From an uncultured bacterium (GTDB taxonomy: Bacteria > Planctomycetota > UBA1135 > GCA-002686595): a stretch of DNA of 64,000 nucleotides. Position numbers and translations under genes: made by a program. Shown one piece after another: positions 37,094 through 46,516 of this stretch (positions are counted from its first letter, which is position 1; each line of letters starts with the position of its first letter). The stretch covers positions 192,001 to 256,000 of the forward strand of contig CALSNU010000003.1 of assembly GCA_943787795.1 (NCBI GenBank), in the 5' to 3' direction. The notes beneath the pieces were generated by a model, which made no database searches, was not told where the DNA came from, and saw only the letters and a list, made by a program, of their open reading frames with translations.

Positions 37094-37849
37094 ATGAAAC
37101 TCCTCGCCTCTCTCTTGGTTGCCGGCTCGACGGCAATGTTCTACACCGGCCTGCTCCCGTGCCCATGTGAGCTGGGCACCAGGCTGTCCTCGGCGCTCGG
37201 CGGCGCGTGTTCAGCCGCGGTGGACGAAGGCGTGGCCCTGGGGGCTGCGCCAGCGGGTGTCTACCTGGAGGTCCGCAACGCCACGGTCTGGGGAGGCGCC
37301 TGTCACATCGGCTCGGAGGCCGTGAGCCAGGGGACCTTCGCCGCCGCGGGCTGGGGCTTCGAGGGCGGGGCCCATGACGGAGTCGACCTCGCGGGCGTCC
37401 GCGTGGTCTCCGTCGTCGAGGGGACGTCGAACCTGCAGGCCGAGGACGTCTTCCGCGCGGGGGGCGCGCCGGAGGTCTCCTCCGCGATCTGGGTGGACGC
37501 TCCCGATCAGCGGACGGCGGACGCCGCCGTGGCCCACGTGCTGGCGCGCATGGAGCACGGGACCGTCCGCTCGGTGGAGCGGGCCACCCTCACGGTGGAG
37601 CGAGACGGGGACGCATTCCTCGTCGAGGTCCCTGGGGTGCTCTCCGTGGAAGGCGAGGCCCTCCCGGACCGCTCCTGCTGCACCATGCCCGAGTCGCTCT
37701 GGTACTCGCCCCTGGCGAGGGACTGCGAGGCCGTGGTCGGGAACCCCTCCACCTGCCGCTTCGCCGGGCACGGCGAAGGCGCCGGGCGACTCTCACCCTG
37801 GGCGTTCGAGGGCGAGAACAGCGCCTTCGTCGCCCGACTCGGCGCCTGA
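37094..37849 (+). CDS. Exported Cys-rich DUF1326-like protein
   Basis: Hydrophobic N-terminus; GVYLEVRNATVWGGACHIGSE..AAGW..G..DGVDLAGV and CC..PE..WYSPL resemble DUF1326-type proteins. Confidence 0.6.
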   Translation: MKLLASLLVAGSTAMFYTGLLPCPCELGTRLSSALGGACSAAVDEGVALGAAPAGVYLEVRNATVWGGACHIGSEAVSQGTFAAAGWGFEGGAHDGVDLAGVRVVSVVEGTSNLQAEDVFRAGGAPEVSSAIWVDAPDQRTADAAVAHVLARMEHGTVRSVERATLTVERDGDAFLVEVPGVLSVEGEALPDRSCCTMPESLWYSPLARDCEAVVGNPSTCRFAGHGEGAGRLSPWAFEGENSAFVARLGA

Positions 37850-37886
37850 GGCGCTCCGCCGATCACTCCCACTGCCCAAGACTCCG

Positions 37887-40265
37887 TTGGCTCGTAAGAA
37901 GAAGTCCAAGAGAAAGGCCCCGCGGCGCTCCAAGCGCTCGGTCGACGACGCCGAGATCGAGGAGCTGGTCATCGTTCCTGTGCGGAACATGATCCTGTTC
38001 CCCGGCGTGGTCCTCCCGCTCATGCTCGGGAGGGAGTCCTCCGTCCTCGCGGTGCGTGCGGCGGTCGAGGACGATCGTCCCATCGGCCTGCTGCTCCAGC
38101 GAGACGAACGCGACGACTCTCCGGGGCCGTCTGACCTCTTCAAGGTCGGGACCGTGGGCGAGATCATGCGCTACTGGACGGCCCCCGATGGCCGCCACCA
38201 GGCCATCTGCCAGGGGCAGAGTCGGTTCGAGGTCATCGATTACGTGGAGACCGACCCGCTGCTTGTGGCGCGGGTTCGTCGGGTCGAAGAGGTCGAGCGA
38301 CCCACCCGTGCCATCGAGGCTCGCTTCGTGGCCCTCAAACAGCGAGCGGAGGAGGTCCTCAGCCTCTCTCCCGGGACGCCGGAGGACCTCGAGCAAGCGG
38401 TCCAGGGGATTGACTCTCCGGGCATGCTGGCCGATCTGGTGGCGACCTTCCTGGATATGCCCTCGGTGGAGAAGCAGGAGATCCTCGAGACCTTCGAGGT
38501 CAAGGCGCGCCTCGATCGGCTCCTGGAGGCGCTCGGGCAGGCCGCCGCCGTCCTCGAGCTCAGCCTCAAGATTCGACGCGAGACCAAGGGGTCCTTGGAT
38601 CAGGCTCAGCGTGAGTACTTCCTGCGCGAGCAGCTGCGGCAGATCCGACGCGAGCTCGGTGAGGGCGACGACTTCACCGATGAGCTCGCCGAGATCCGCG
38701 AGCGAGTGGACGCGCTCGAGCTCCCTGAAGAGGCCGAGCGCGAGGTCCGCCGCGAGCTCCGGCGGCTTGAGCGGACACCGGAGCAGGCGGCGGAGCACTC
38801 GATGCTGCGAACCTGGATGGAGGTCTTCACGGAGCTCCCCTGGAACCAGCGGAGCAAGGACACGCTTCAGCTTGGCGTGGCCCAGGAGGTGTTGGACGCG
38901 GATCACCACGGCCTCGAGAAGGTCAAGCGGCGGATCCTGGAGTTCCTCGCGGTGAAGAAGCTCAACCCCGAGGGGCAGGGACCGACCCTGTGCCTGGTGG
39001 GGCCTCCGGGGGTCGGCAAGACGTCGCTCGGGCAGAGCGTCGCTCGCGCGATGGGCCGGGAGTTCGTGCGCGTCAGCCTCGGCGGAGTGCACGACGAGTC
39101 GGAGATCCGCGGCCACCGCCGGACCTACGTGGGGGCGATGCCGGGGAAGATCATCGAGGGGCTGCGCAAGGCACGGACTCGCAACCCGGTCTTCCTCCTG
39201 GACGAGGTGGACAAGCTCGGGGCCGGTCTCCACGGCGACCCGTCCTCTGCGCTGCTCGAGGTCCTCGATCCGGCGCAGAACGGCACGTTCCAGGACAACT
39301 ACCTCGGGGTGCCCTTCGACCTCTCCGAGGTGCTCTTCATCGCCACCGCTAACGTCGAGGAGCAGATCCCCGGACCGCTCCATGACCGGATGGACGTCCT
39401 CCGCCTGTCCGGCTACACGGAGGCAGAGAAGCTCGCCATCGCACGCAAGCACCTGCTGGGTCGCCAGCGGACCGCTGCGGGGCTGAAGCCCTCGCAGCTC
39501 AAGGTCTCGGTTGCCGCGCTCCGAGAGGTGATCACCGGCTACACCCGTGAGGCGGGGGTCCGGGAGCTCGAGCGCCGGATCGCGGCGATCTGCCGCCACG
39601 CCGCGGTGAAGTTCGCCTCTCGACGACGCAAGCCCCTCTCGATCGGCCCGGACGAGGTGAAGGCGATCCTCGGCCATGAGCGCCGTGAGCTGGAGGTCGC
39701 CGAACGCACGGCGCAGTCTGGAGTCGCGACGGGGTTGGCCTGGACCTCGGTCGGGGGCGAGATCCTCTTCATCGAGGCGGCCTCCTGTAAGGGCAAGGGC
39801 GAGCTGCGACTGACGGGGCAACTCGGAGACGTGATGAAGGAGAGCGCGCTCGCCGCGCTCACGCTGCTTCGGTCCAGGGCTGCCGACCTCGGGATCGACT
39901 CCGATGAGCTGGCGGTCAGTGACGTGCACCTCCACATCCCCGCTGGTGCGGTGCCGAAGGACGGGCCGTCCGCCGGGGTTGCCATCACGATCGCGCTGGC
40001 TTCGCTGTTCACCGATCGGGCTGTCCGTGGGACGGTCGCGATGACCGGAGAGATCAGTCTGCGGGGCCGGGTGCTCCCGGTCGGCGGGGTGAAGGAGAAG
40101 GTGCTGGCCGCGCTGGCTGCGGGCATCCGGACGATTCTCCTCCCGGAGCGCAACATGGCGGATCTCGTGGAGCTCCCCGAGGTCGCCCGCAAGAAGCTGG
40201 AGTTCATTCCGCTGCGGACGATCGACGACGCCTTCGATGTGGCGTTCGGGCGGCGGCGTCCCTGA
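37887..40265 (+). CDS. lon: ATP-dependent Lon protease
   Basis: Lon N-domain PVRNMILFPG, QREYFLREQ, GPPGVGKTS, GHRRTYVGAMPG, PKDGPSAG (catalytic Ser), GGVKEK. TTG 37887 is my start estimate. Confidence 0.96.
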   Translation: MARKKKSKRKAPRRSKRSVDDAEIEELVIVPVRNMILFPGVVLPLMLGRESSVLAVRAAVEDDRPIGLLLQRDERDDSPGPSDLFKVGTVGEIMRYWTAPDGRHQAICQGQSRFEVIDYVETDPLLVARVRRVEEVERPTRAIEARFVALKQRAEEVLSLSPGTPEDLEQAVQGIDSPGMLADLVATFLDMPSVEKQEILETFEVKARLDRLLEALGQAAAVLELSLKIRRETKGSLDQAQREYFLREQLRQIRRELGEGDDFTDELAEIRERVDALELPEEAEREVRRELRRLERTPEQAAEHSMLRTWMEVFTELPWNQRSKDTLQLGVAQEVLDADHHGLEKVKRRILEFLAVKKLNPEGQGPTLCLVGPPGVGKTSLGQSVARAMGREFVRVSLGGVHDESEIRGHRRTYVGAMPGKIIEGLRKARTRNPVFLLDEVDKLGAGLHGDPSSALLEVLDPAQNGTFQDNYLGVPFDLSEVLFIATANVEEQIPGPLHDRMDVLRLSGYTEAEKLAIARKHLLGRQRTAAGLKPSQLKVSVAALREVITGYTREAGVRELERRIAAICRHAAVKFASRRRKPLSIGPDEVKAILGHERRELEVAERTAQSGVATGLAWTSVGGEILFIEAASCKGKGELRLTGQLGDVMKESALAALTLLRSRAADLGIDSDELAVSDVHLHIPAGAVPKDGPSAGVAITIALASLFTDRAVRGTVAMTGEISLRGRVLPVGGVKEKVLAALAAGIRTILLPERNMADLVELPEVARKKLEFIPLRTIDDAFDVAFGRRRP

Positions 40266-41410
40266 TGTGGGCGGCACTCCTCGCCCTGATCGCGTTGTCC
40301 GGGGCGGCGTCTGCGCCGGCGTCGCTGCCGGCGCATCCGAACTCCTTCTCGATCTCCGAGCTCCATATCCGGAACAGCCGTGTCGAGCTGCAGCTGCGCT
40401 GCCAGGTGCTCTCGCTCGGCGAGGTGATCGAGGGGCTGGATCCCGAGCTCGACGGCCACGCGGAGCCTGGTGAGGTCGAGCGCTTCTCCAGCGAGATCGC
40501 CGAGTACGTGGCGCGTCACTACCGCCTGGTGCCGGGCGCGCTGGACGAGGCCAGCTGCGCCGACGCCTCGGCGGCGTTGACGGTCGCAGGGGCCTTCGTC
40601 TACGAGGCGCCGCTCGCGCTTGATCCGATGAACGAGGTCAGCGAGTGGGTGGACGTGGTGCTGAGCTTCGAGGGGCCGGCGGGAGGGCTGAATCGACTCG
40701 GTGTCCACCAGTCGCTCTTCCAGATCACGAGCCCTGGCCACCGGGACTCCTGCGCGGTGGTCTGGAATGGGCTGGAGGTTGGCCAGCGTCAGTTCGCCCT
40801 CGGCGCGGAGGCGTTCGTCTTCGTGGCGAGCCCAGAGGTGATCGCGCGGGGTGCTCCGGTTCTCCAGCGGTACGTCGTCCACGGAGCCAAGGGGGTGTTC
40901 CAGAGCTTGGATGCGCTCCTGCTGGTCCTGCTCTTGGTGCTCGCCGCGCGCCCGGGCTGGCGCTCAGCGCTCGTCTCGGTGGGGATCCTCGCCGCTGCCG
41001 CGGCGGTGGGAGCCCAGGTGGGTGCGAGGGTGCCGGTCTCCTCCACGGAGCTGCGGTTTCTCGAGCTCACCGTTCCGCTCGCCATCGCCTACGTGGGGCT
41101 CGACGACCTGCTGCACCGCGATGGGCGCACCCGCTTCATCGAGGCGCTGGTCTTCGGGCTCGCGCTCGGGGGGAGGGAGGTCGTCCAGCTGTCGCCGGAG
41201 TTGATTCGAGAGGCCGGTCCCTCGGGGCCCCTCGCAGGCGTGAGCCTCGGGCTGGTCCTGGCGGTGCTCACCCTCTCGCTCTCGCTGCTCCTCGCCCTGT
41301 CCCGGTGCGGTGATCCCGACGCCGCAGGACCCCGTCTCGTTCGCTTACCGGTCGACCTGCTCGCGATCGGAGTGGGGCTCTGGCTCTTCGTCTCGACCGC
41401 GCTCGGCTGA
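40265..41410 (+). CDS. HupE/UreJ-like membrane protein with an N-terminal exported domain (His motifs degenerate)
   Basis: Signal peptide, then AHPNSFS; soluble domain; C-terminal TM bundle; TGATG overlap with lon. Confidence 0.6.
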   Translation: MWAALLALIALSGAASAPASLPAHPNSFSISELHIRNSRVELQLRCQVLSLGEVIEGLDPELDGHAEPGEVERFSSEIAEYVARHYRLVPGALDEASCADASAALTVAGAFVYEAPLALDPMNEVSEWVDVVLSFEGPAGGLNRLGVHQSLFQITSPGHRDSCAVVWNGLEVGQRQFALGAEAFVFVASPEVIARGAPVLQRYVVHGAKGVFQSLDALLLVLLLVLAARPGWRSALVSVGILAAAAAVGAQVGARVPVSSTELRFLELTVPLAIAYVGLDDLLHRDGRTRFIEALVFGLALGGREVVQLSPELIREAGPSGPLAGVSLGLVLAVLTLSLSLLLALSRCGDPDAAGPRLVRLPVDLLAIGVGLWLFVSTALG

Positions 41411-41559
41411 GGCCGCGGGATCCAATTAGCCTGCTCCCAGAAGCCGGCCCCCCTCTGAATCGACCTTCGAAGGCCGAGGCTCGAAACCGAGCACCGCGCG
41501 GGCATCCATTGCCCGGCCGGGTCGCAAGGGACACCGTCCGATTCTCAGCCGCCCAGCGT

Positions 41560-41623
41560 GGACCCCGAACGCAGGACCCCAAACGCAGGATCCCGAACGC
41601 AGGATCCCGAACGCAGGATCCCA
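41560..41623. repeat. 14-bp tandem repeat (gga[c/t]ccc[g/a]aacgca x4.5)
   Basis: Units at 41560, 41574, 41588 and 41602; ends at the stop codon of the convergent gene. Confidence 0.9.
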
Positions 41624-41624
41624 G

Positions 41625-44405
41625 TCAGGGAAGGATCTGCAGCGTGATGACGTTGGACACGAAGTCGTAGGGATCCCGCGTGACCGCGCAGTGGTACATC
41701 GTCTGCCCCACGAGCCCGCTGGTGAACGCGGGGTTGAGACGGATCTGTATACCGGCTGCCCCCGCCTGGTTCAGGGTGCCAAACTGGTGTCTAAACACCG
41801 CTCCCTGGGTGTCGATCAGGCCCGCGCGGGTCCAGCGGTCGAAGTTGATGGGGACGTCGACCCCGCCCAAGACGAATCCGTTCGACGTGCCGCTGAGGCT
41901 CGAGAACATGATGTAGTCGCGGTTGGCGTAGGCCTCACCAGCATGGAAGAAGATCTGCTGGAGGTCCGCGGCACCCACAGACCCTGAGTCCGTGCGGGCA
42001 GAGAGCGCCGCGTGACGGCGGAGCACGGTGACCCAGTCCTCGTCCGGGTCAGAGGGCGGCGGTCCAAGCGCCAGCCAGCCGCCGGTGGAGTTGATGGCGG
42101 TCGGTGGCCCCGCGTAATCCCCTGTCCTCGGGTTGAACCAGAACTGCTCGAACGCGCCCAGCGACGACCCGAGATTGAGCTCACCGGTGCTCGATGCATC
42201 GGCGAGGTAGACGGCGTAGACCTGCCCGTCCTTCACGAAGACCTGGCCTTCGCCGATGCTCAACTCCTCATTCCGGAGGAGGCTATCGTCAGGCTCCATC
42301 TCCCAGAAGGGGAGCTCCGCCTCAATGAAGCTCCTGGCGTACCCGACGTACGTCCACATGTCATCCCGCGTCCGGAAGTCTTCGAGGGAGAGGTCTCCGC
42401 CGAGGGGGAGGTTGTGCCAGCCCAGGTAGAACTCGACGCCTCCGCCGCTGAAGAGGGCGTCATAGAGCACGCGCTTGCGGACGTCGTCGGCGTTGGAGTC
42501 CGTCAGCCCGGTAGGCCAAGGGTTCATCTCGTCCGCGTCAACCAGCCATGGGCGCCCCGCCTGCGCCGAGAGCATGCGAAGCTCCTCGATCTGATCCTCC
42601 GATTCATTCAGCGAGAACTGGAGGGAGGCGGCGTCGATGTTCGGGTCCGTCAAGACCGACTGGAAGACGGCCAGGTCGTCGGGGCGATTATGAAGCGAGA
42701 TGGGGTGCTCGTAAGCGTCCAGGTCGGTGATCCACTGGGCGAAGCTCCCGAGGGTCGTGGCGCTGAAGTCGGTCTCTTCGCAGAGATTCCACCGGAGCGC
42801 CGGGTGATGCCCAAAGCGGGCGATCATCTCACGGTAGAAGAGCTTGCGTTCGGTGCCTAGGGTGCCGCCGTCCAGCCAGAGCTCGTTCTGGACCTCGGTC
42901 TCGTTCATCACCAGGGACAGCGACATCCCCAGCCCCTGAGCGTGCCCAAAGACCACGTTCCACTGCCGCATCCGGCTGGTGTCGTAGTGGAGCTTCTCGA
43001 AGGCCCGGTTGCGTGGCCCGAGGAAGGGGTAGACGTCCCGTCCGTCGCCGCCGAGGTTCATCACGAGCAGGAACATTGAGTTCACGCCCTTGCCTGCGAG
43101 GTAGTTGAGGGCGCCTATCGCACCCTTGCCATCCTCAAGGCCGTTGCCGGGACGGAGGAGCGGGTCGCCCGGCCTCCAGTCTGCTCGGTGCTCGGCGAAG
43201 CTGTGGAGGTTACCGACGCCCTGGGTCTTCGTGATGTCGTCCATCGCCCTGTTGGCGAGGAAGTTCTCGGGACCGTTGATTCCAGCCTTCAGATAGAAGG
43301 GACCGTGCTCGAACTTGCGGTGGTGGCGTCCTACGTCAATGAGTGTGCCGAGCCGGTAGAGGCCCTTGCCGGCGGGGTCGATCCCCTTGACCTCGAAGGT
43401 GATCTGTCGTCCATCAATGGTGGTGACCGCAGAGCCCGCAGCTGGGGCACTCTGGAGGGCCACCCCGGACCCAGCGCGCATGGACGCGTGAGCCGTCCAG
43501 GTGCCCCTTGCGGGGGGCAGAAAGCGGGCGGTCCAGACGTTGCCGACATCACCCGTCCCGCCGTCGGCGTCGAAGAAGCCGGGCACCTCGAGGCTTCGAC
43601 CGCCAGGGCCATCGAAGCGCACCGTCAGGCGATAGTCGAGGAAGGGGTTGGGGCTCTCTCCGGTCTCTGATTCCCAGGGACCGTGGAAGCTGAGCTCCAT
43701 GGGTGAGGCCACCCGCGGCTCGCGCGGGCTGATCCAATGATCTCCGTTGCCGTCCGCGCCCGCGTGGACGCCGGGCTGCCTGACCAGGAAGGCCGCGCCG
43801 TCGATGCTGCTGGAGATCACCTGGATGCCAGCGACCTGGTGCTGCGCGGTCACGCTGCCGCCACCGGGAAGCCGGAGATCCTCGAAGTGGAAGCTGGTCG
43901 CGTGCACCCGCTGACCGCGGTTATCGCCGGCTTCACAGACCACCGGGGTTTGCGTCCACGGGTTGAGGGGGACCGGGGCACCAATCGCGCCGTTCTGGAA
44001 TCGCGCGCGAACCTCCACGGCATCGTTCCCGCCGACCTCGAAAAGGAAGAAGTCCGCTGCGGGGCCAGCTCCGGGGGTCCAGGGCCCGAAGGTGACCTCC
44101 CAGGGGGTCGAGGTGTTGGAGCGAACGAAGTAGGACTCCAGGTTGCGGCTGTCCGCGTTGCGCACGGACCCCGCCCAGTGGGTCAGGCTCACGTCGCCGT
44201 CGGACTCGCCCCATCGGAGGTCCGCTCGCTCCACCCAGGTCCCCTCTGAACGGATTCGTTCAACCATCGAGCCCTGGACCTCGACGGTCAGGGCCTGCCC
44301 GCTCGCCACCGCCGAGAGGGAGCCAGCGGCTAGAGCAAGCGGTGCCAACGGCCGCACGGCAGCCCGCAGGCTCGCAAGCGAGAGAGTTTGGAGTGGTTGG
44401 GTCAT
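41625..44405 (-). CDS. Secreted DUF5060 / glycoside-hydrolase-like protein with a collagen-binding-like module and a C-terminal domain
   Basis: Signal peptide; NPFLDYRL..VPGFFDADG..W..RF.P..GTW; YYRE-like FYREMIARFGHH..WNLCEE; WFNPRTG..PP..DEDWV; extra C-terminal ~120 aa. ATG 44405 chosen; the ORF extends to 44528. Confidence 0.8.
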   Translation of the reverse strand: MTQPLQTLSLASLRAAVRPLAPLALAAGSLSAVASGQALTVEVQGSMVERIRSEGTWVERADLRWGESDGDVSLTHWAGSVRNADSRNLESYFVRSNTSTPWEVTFGPWTPGAGPAADFFLFEVGGNDAVEVRARFQNGAIGAPVPLNPWTQTPVVCEAGDNRGQRVHATSFHFEDLRLPGGGSVTAQHQVAGIQVISSSIDGAAFLVRQPGVHAGADGNGDHWISPREPRVASPMELSFHGPWESETGESPNPFLDYRLTVRFDGPGGRSLEVPGFFDADGGTGDVGNVWTARFLPPARGTWTAHASMRAGSGVALQSAPAAGSAVTTIDGRQITFEVKGIDPAGKGLYRLGTLIDVGRHHRKFEHGPFYLKAGINGPENFLANRAMDDITKTQGVGNLHSFAEHRADWRPGDPLLRPGNGLEDGKGAIGALNYLAGKGVNSMFLLVMNLGGDGRDVYPFLGPRNRAFEKLHYDTSRMRQWNVVFGHAQGLGMSLSLVMNETEVQNELWLDGGTLGTERKLFYREMIARFGHHPALRWNLCEETDFSATTLGSFAQWITDLDAYEHPISLHNRPDDLAVFQSVLTDPNIDAASLQFSLNESEDQIEELRMLSAQAGRPWLVDADEMNPWPTGLTDSNADDVRKRVLYDALFSGGGVEFYLGWHNLPLGGDLSLEDFRTRDDMWTYVGYARSFIEAELPFWEMEPDDSLLRNEELSIGEGQVFVKDGQVYAVYLADASSTGELNLGSSLGAFEQFWFNPRTGDYAGPPTAINSTGGWLALGPPPSDPDEDWVTVLRRHAALSARTDSGSVGAADLQQIFFHAGEAYANRDYIMFSSLSGTSNGFVLGGVDVPINFDRWTRAGLIDTQGAVFRHQFGTLNQAGAAGIQIRLNPAFTSGLVGQTMYHCAVTRDPYDFVSNVITLQILP

Positions 44406-44640
44406 GAAGCGCTGACCGGCCTCGCCAAGGGGGGCAGAGCCCTCGGTGTGCACGAAGGCATTGGTGTGAAGGGAGCCGGGGATACTTAGAAGGCGGGCGA
44501 ACACCGCGTCCGACCTGCCCTGTTCCATCGAGGTCCGGGCGGAGCAAATCAGGGGTGGCTGATGAGAGACTTGTACGAAGGATAAATCCTGGAGGGTGTC
44601 GGCGACGCGAAACCCCGGACTCTCCGGTTAGTCTGCAGAA

Positions 44641-46458
44641 ATGGGACGCAGTGATTCACCCTCAGGTTTCGGCAGTTTCGGAGATCTGCGCAAGGCGCTC
44701 AAGGGAACTGATGGGGAGGGCTCCGAGGCCACGGATCCATCGAAGGCAGCGAGTGGCTCACCTGCGGACTCGGGGAGGGGCTGGACCCTCGAGACCGGGG
44801 ATGAGGCGCCCTACGAGCTCACAGAGGAGGATTTGGAGGGTCTCCCTGACCCTGATAGTCAGATTCCTGCGCGTATTGCGCGCCGCCCAGGGGCCTTCGG
44901 ACCCATGGAGCACGGCCCGGCCTGCTACGGGGACCTTGACTCGGAGGAGATGGAGTTGGTGCGCTCCTTCCGGCTGCGGACCCTGTTTCCAGAAGATGTT
45001 TCCGGGGAGCTTCGTGAGCTGCCGGAGAACCCCGTGGCTGCGGATTACGCGGATCGCCTGGACCTTCGAGGGGAGGTGATCTTCACGATCGACGGCGCCG
45101 ACGCCAAGGACTACGACGACGCGATCGCGATTCGGCCCAGGGAAGGGGGCGGCTTCCATGTGAGCGTTCACATCGCGGACGTGAGCCACTACGTCAGGCC
45201 TGGGACGGCGCTCGACGACGAGGCCCTCGCCCGGGGCACGAGCGTCTACCTGCCCGATCAAGTGATCCCGATGCTCCCCGAGGCGCTCTCCAACGGGCTG
45301 TGCTCACTGGTGCCAAAGCAGGACCGCCTCGCGTACTCCGTCTTCATGGAGTTCAACGAGGCCGGAGAGCGCGTCTCCTCCAGCGTCTCCAAGAGCGTCA
45401 TCTGCAGCGTGCATCGCGGGGACTATCGGATTGTCCAGGACCTGCTCGATGGGACGGTGACGGAGGAGACCCAGGAGATCGAGTTCCTCCGTGAGCCCCT
45501 CGAGCAGTTCAGCGAATGGACCAAGGTCCAGCAGCGGATCCGTGACGCGAAGGGGTCGCTCCGGATCAACTCGAGAGAGAAGAAGTTCGTGTTCGACGAC
45601 GCCCATGAGGTGGAGGCCATCGTCAACGCGCCCCGATACTTCTCTCAGACGCTCATCGAGGAGACGGCTCTGGCGGCGAACCAGGCGGTCGGCGATCTCT
45701 TCCGGGCCAAGGGGCTCCCGACGATCTATCGGGTTCACCCGGAGAAGGACCCCGAGGAGATCGAGCGGGTGGCCGCGATGCTGTCCAAGTTCGGGATCCG
45801 TGTCCCCGACAAGGATCGGCTGACGGGCCGCGACATCGGGCGCATGATCCGCCTCGCCCGTCGAAAGCAGAACGCCGAGGCCCTCGTGCAGCGGATCATG
45901 GGCCTGGTCGAGCGAGCGGTCTACGAGGTCAAGGACCACGAGGACGTGGCGACGCACTTCGGCCTGGCGCGCAAGGCCTACCTCCACTTCACCTCTCCAA
46001 TTCGGCGCTACCCCGACCTGATCGTTCACCGCTGGCTCCACTCGGTGGAGACGCGTCACGACGAGGCCGCGGAAGAGCTCAGCTCCCTCGCGCTTATTGA
46101 CCAGCTGAATGACACGGCCTCCCACTGCAGCGTGCAGTCCGAGGCCGCCGGGATGGCAGAGATCGCCGTCAAGGACCTCAAGGTGTGCCAGTTCATGGAG
46201 CCGCGGATCGAGCAGACCTTTGACGCGAAGGTCCAGCGCGTCTCACGGGGCGGGCTCGAGGTGCACATCGGCGAGCTGAATGTCTCGGGCTTCATCCCGG
46301 CGCGCTCCATGGGAGATCGGCCCAAGGTCGACGGGGCGACCCTCAAGGTCTCGGTGGGCAAGCGGGTCCTCTCCTTCACGGAGGGCTACCAGATCTCAGT
46401 CCGCGTCAAGGACGTCGACTTCCTGCGGCTGCAGGTGTTGCTCGAACTCGCCGGCTAG
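44641..46458 (+). CDS. RNase II/R-family exoribonuclease (RNB + S1)
   Basis: TIDGADAKDYDDA, HIADVSHYV, RGTSVY, YRVH, HFGLA..HFTSPIRRYPDLIVHR, C-terminal S1-like domain. Confidence 0.92.
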   Translation: MGRSDSPSGFGSFGDLRKALKGTDGEGSEATDPSKAASGSPADSGRGWTLETGDEAPYELTEEDLEGLPDPDSQIPARIARRPGAFGPMEHGPACYGDLDSEEMELVRSFRLRTLFPEDVSGELRELPENPVAADYADRLDLRGEVIFTIDGADAKDYDDAIAIRPREGGGFHVSVHIADVSHYVRPGTALDDEALARGTSVYLPDQVIPMLPEALSNGLCSLVPKQDRLAYSVFMEFNEAGERVSSSVSKSVICSVHRGDYRIVQDLLDGTVTEETQEIEFLREPLEQFSEWTKVQQRIRDAKGSLRINSREKKFVFDDAHEVEAIVNAPRYFSQTLIEETALAANQAVGDLFRAKGLPTIYRVHPEKDPEEIERVAAMLSKFGIRVPDKDRLTGRDIGRMIRLARRKQNAEALVQRIMGLVERAVYEVKDHEDVATHFGLARKAYLHFTSPIRRYPDLIVHRWLHSVETRHDEAAEELSSLALIDQLNDTASHCSVQSEAAGMAEIAVKDLKVCQFMEPRIEQTFDAKVQRVSRGGLEVHIGELNVSGFIPARSMGDRPKVDGATLKVSVGKRVLSFTEGYQISVRVKDVDFLRLQVLLELAG

Positions 46459-46516
46459 CCGTGACGCCGATAAGCGGGGACGCCGACAAACGGGGCCCGG
46501 CGAGTGGGGACTACCG

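Noticed and set aside
37374..37886. N-terminal extension of Lon in the ORF track (similar extensions on tyrS, katG, the Mo subunit and DUF1295)
   Set aside because: These overlap upstream genes or repeats and translate to low-complexity out-of-frame sequence; downstream starts match the family N-termini.
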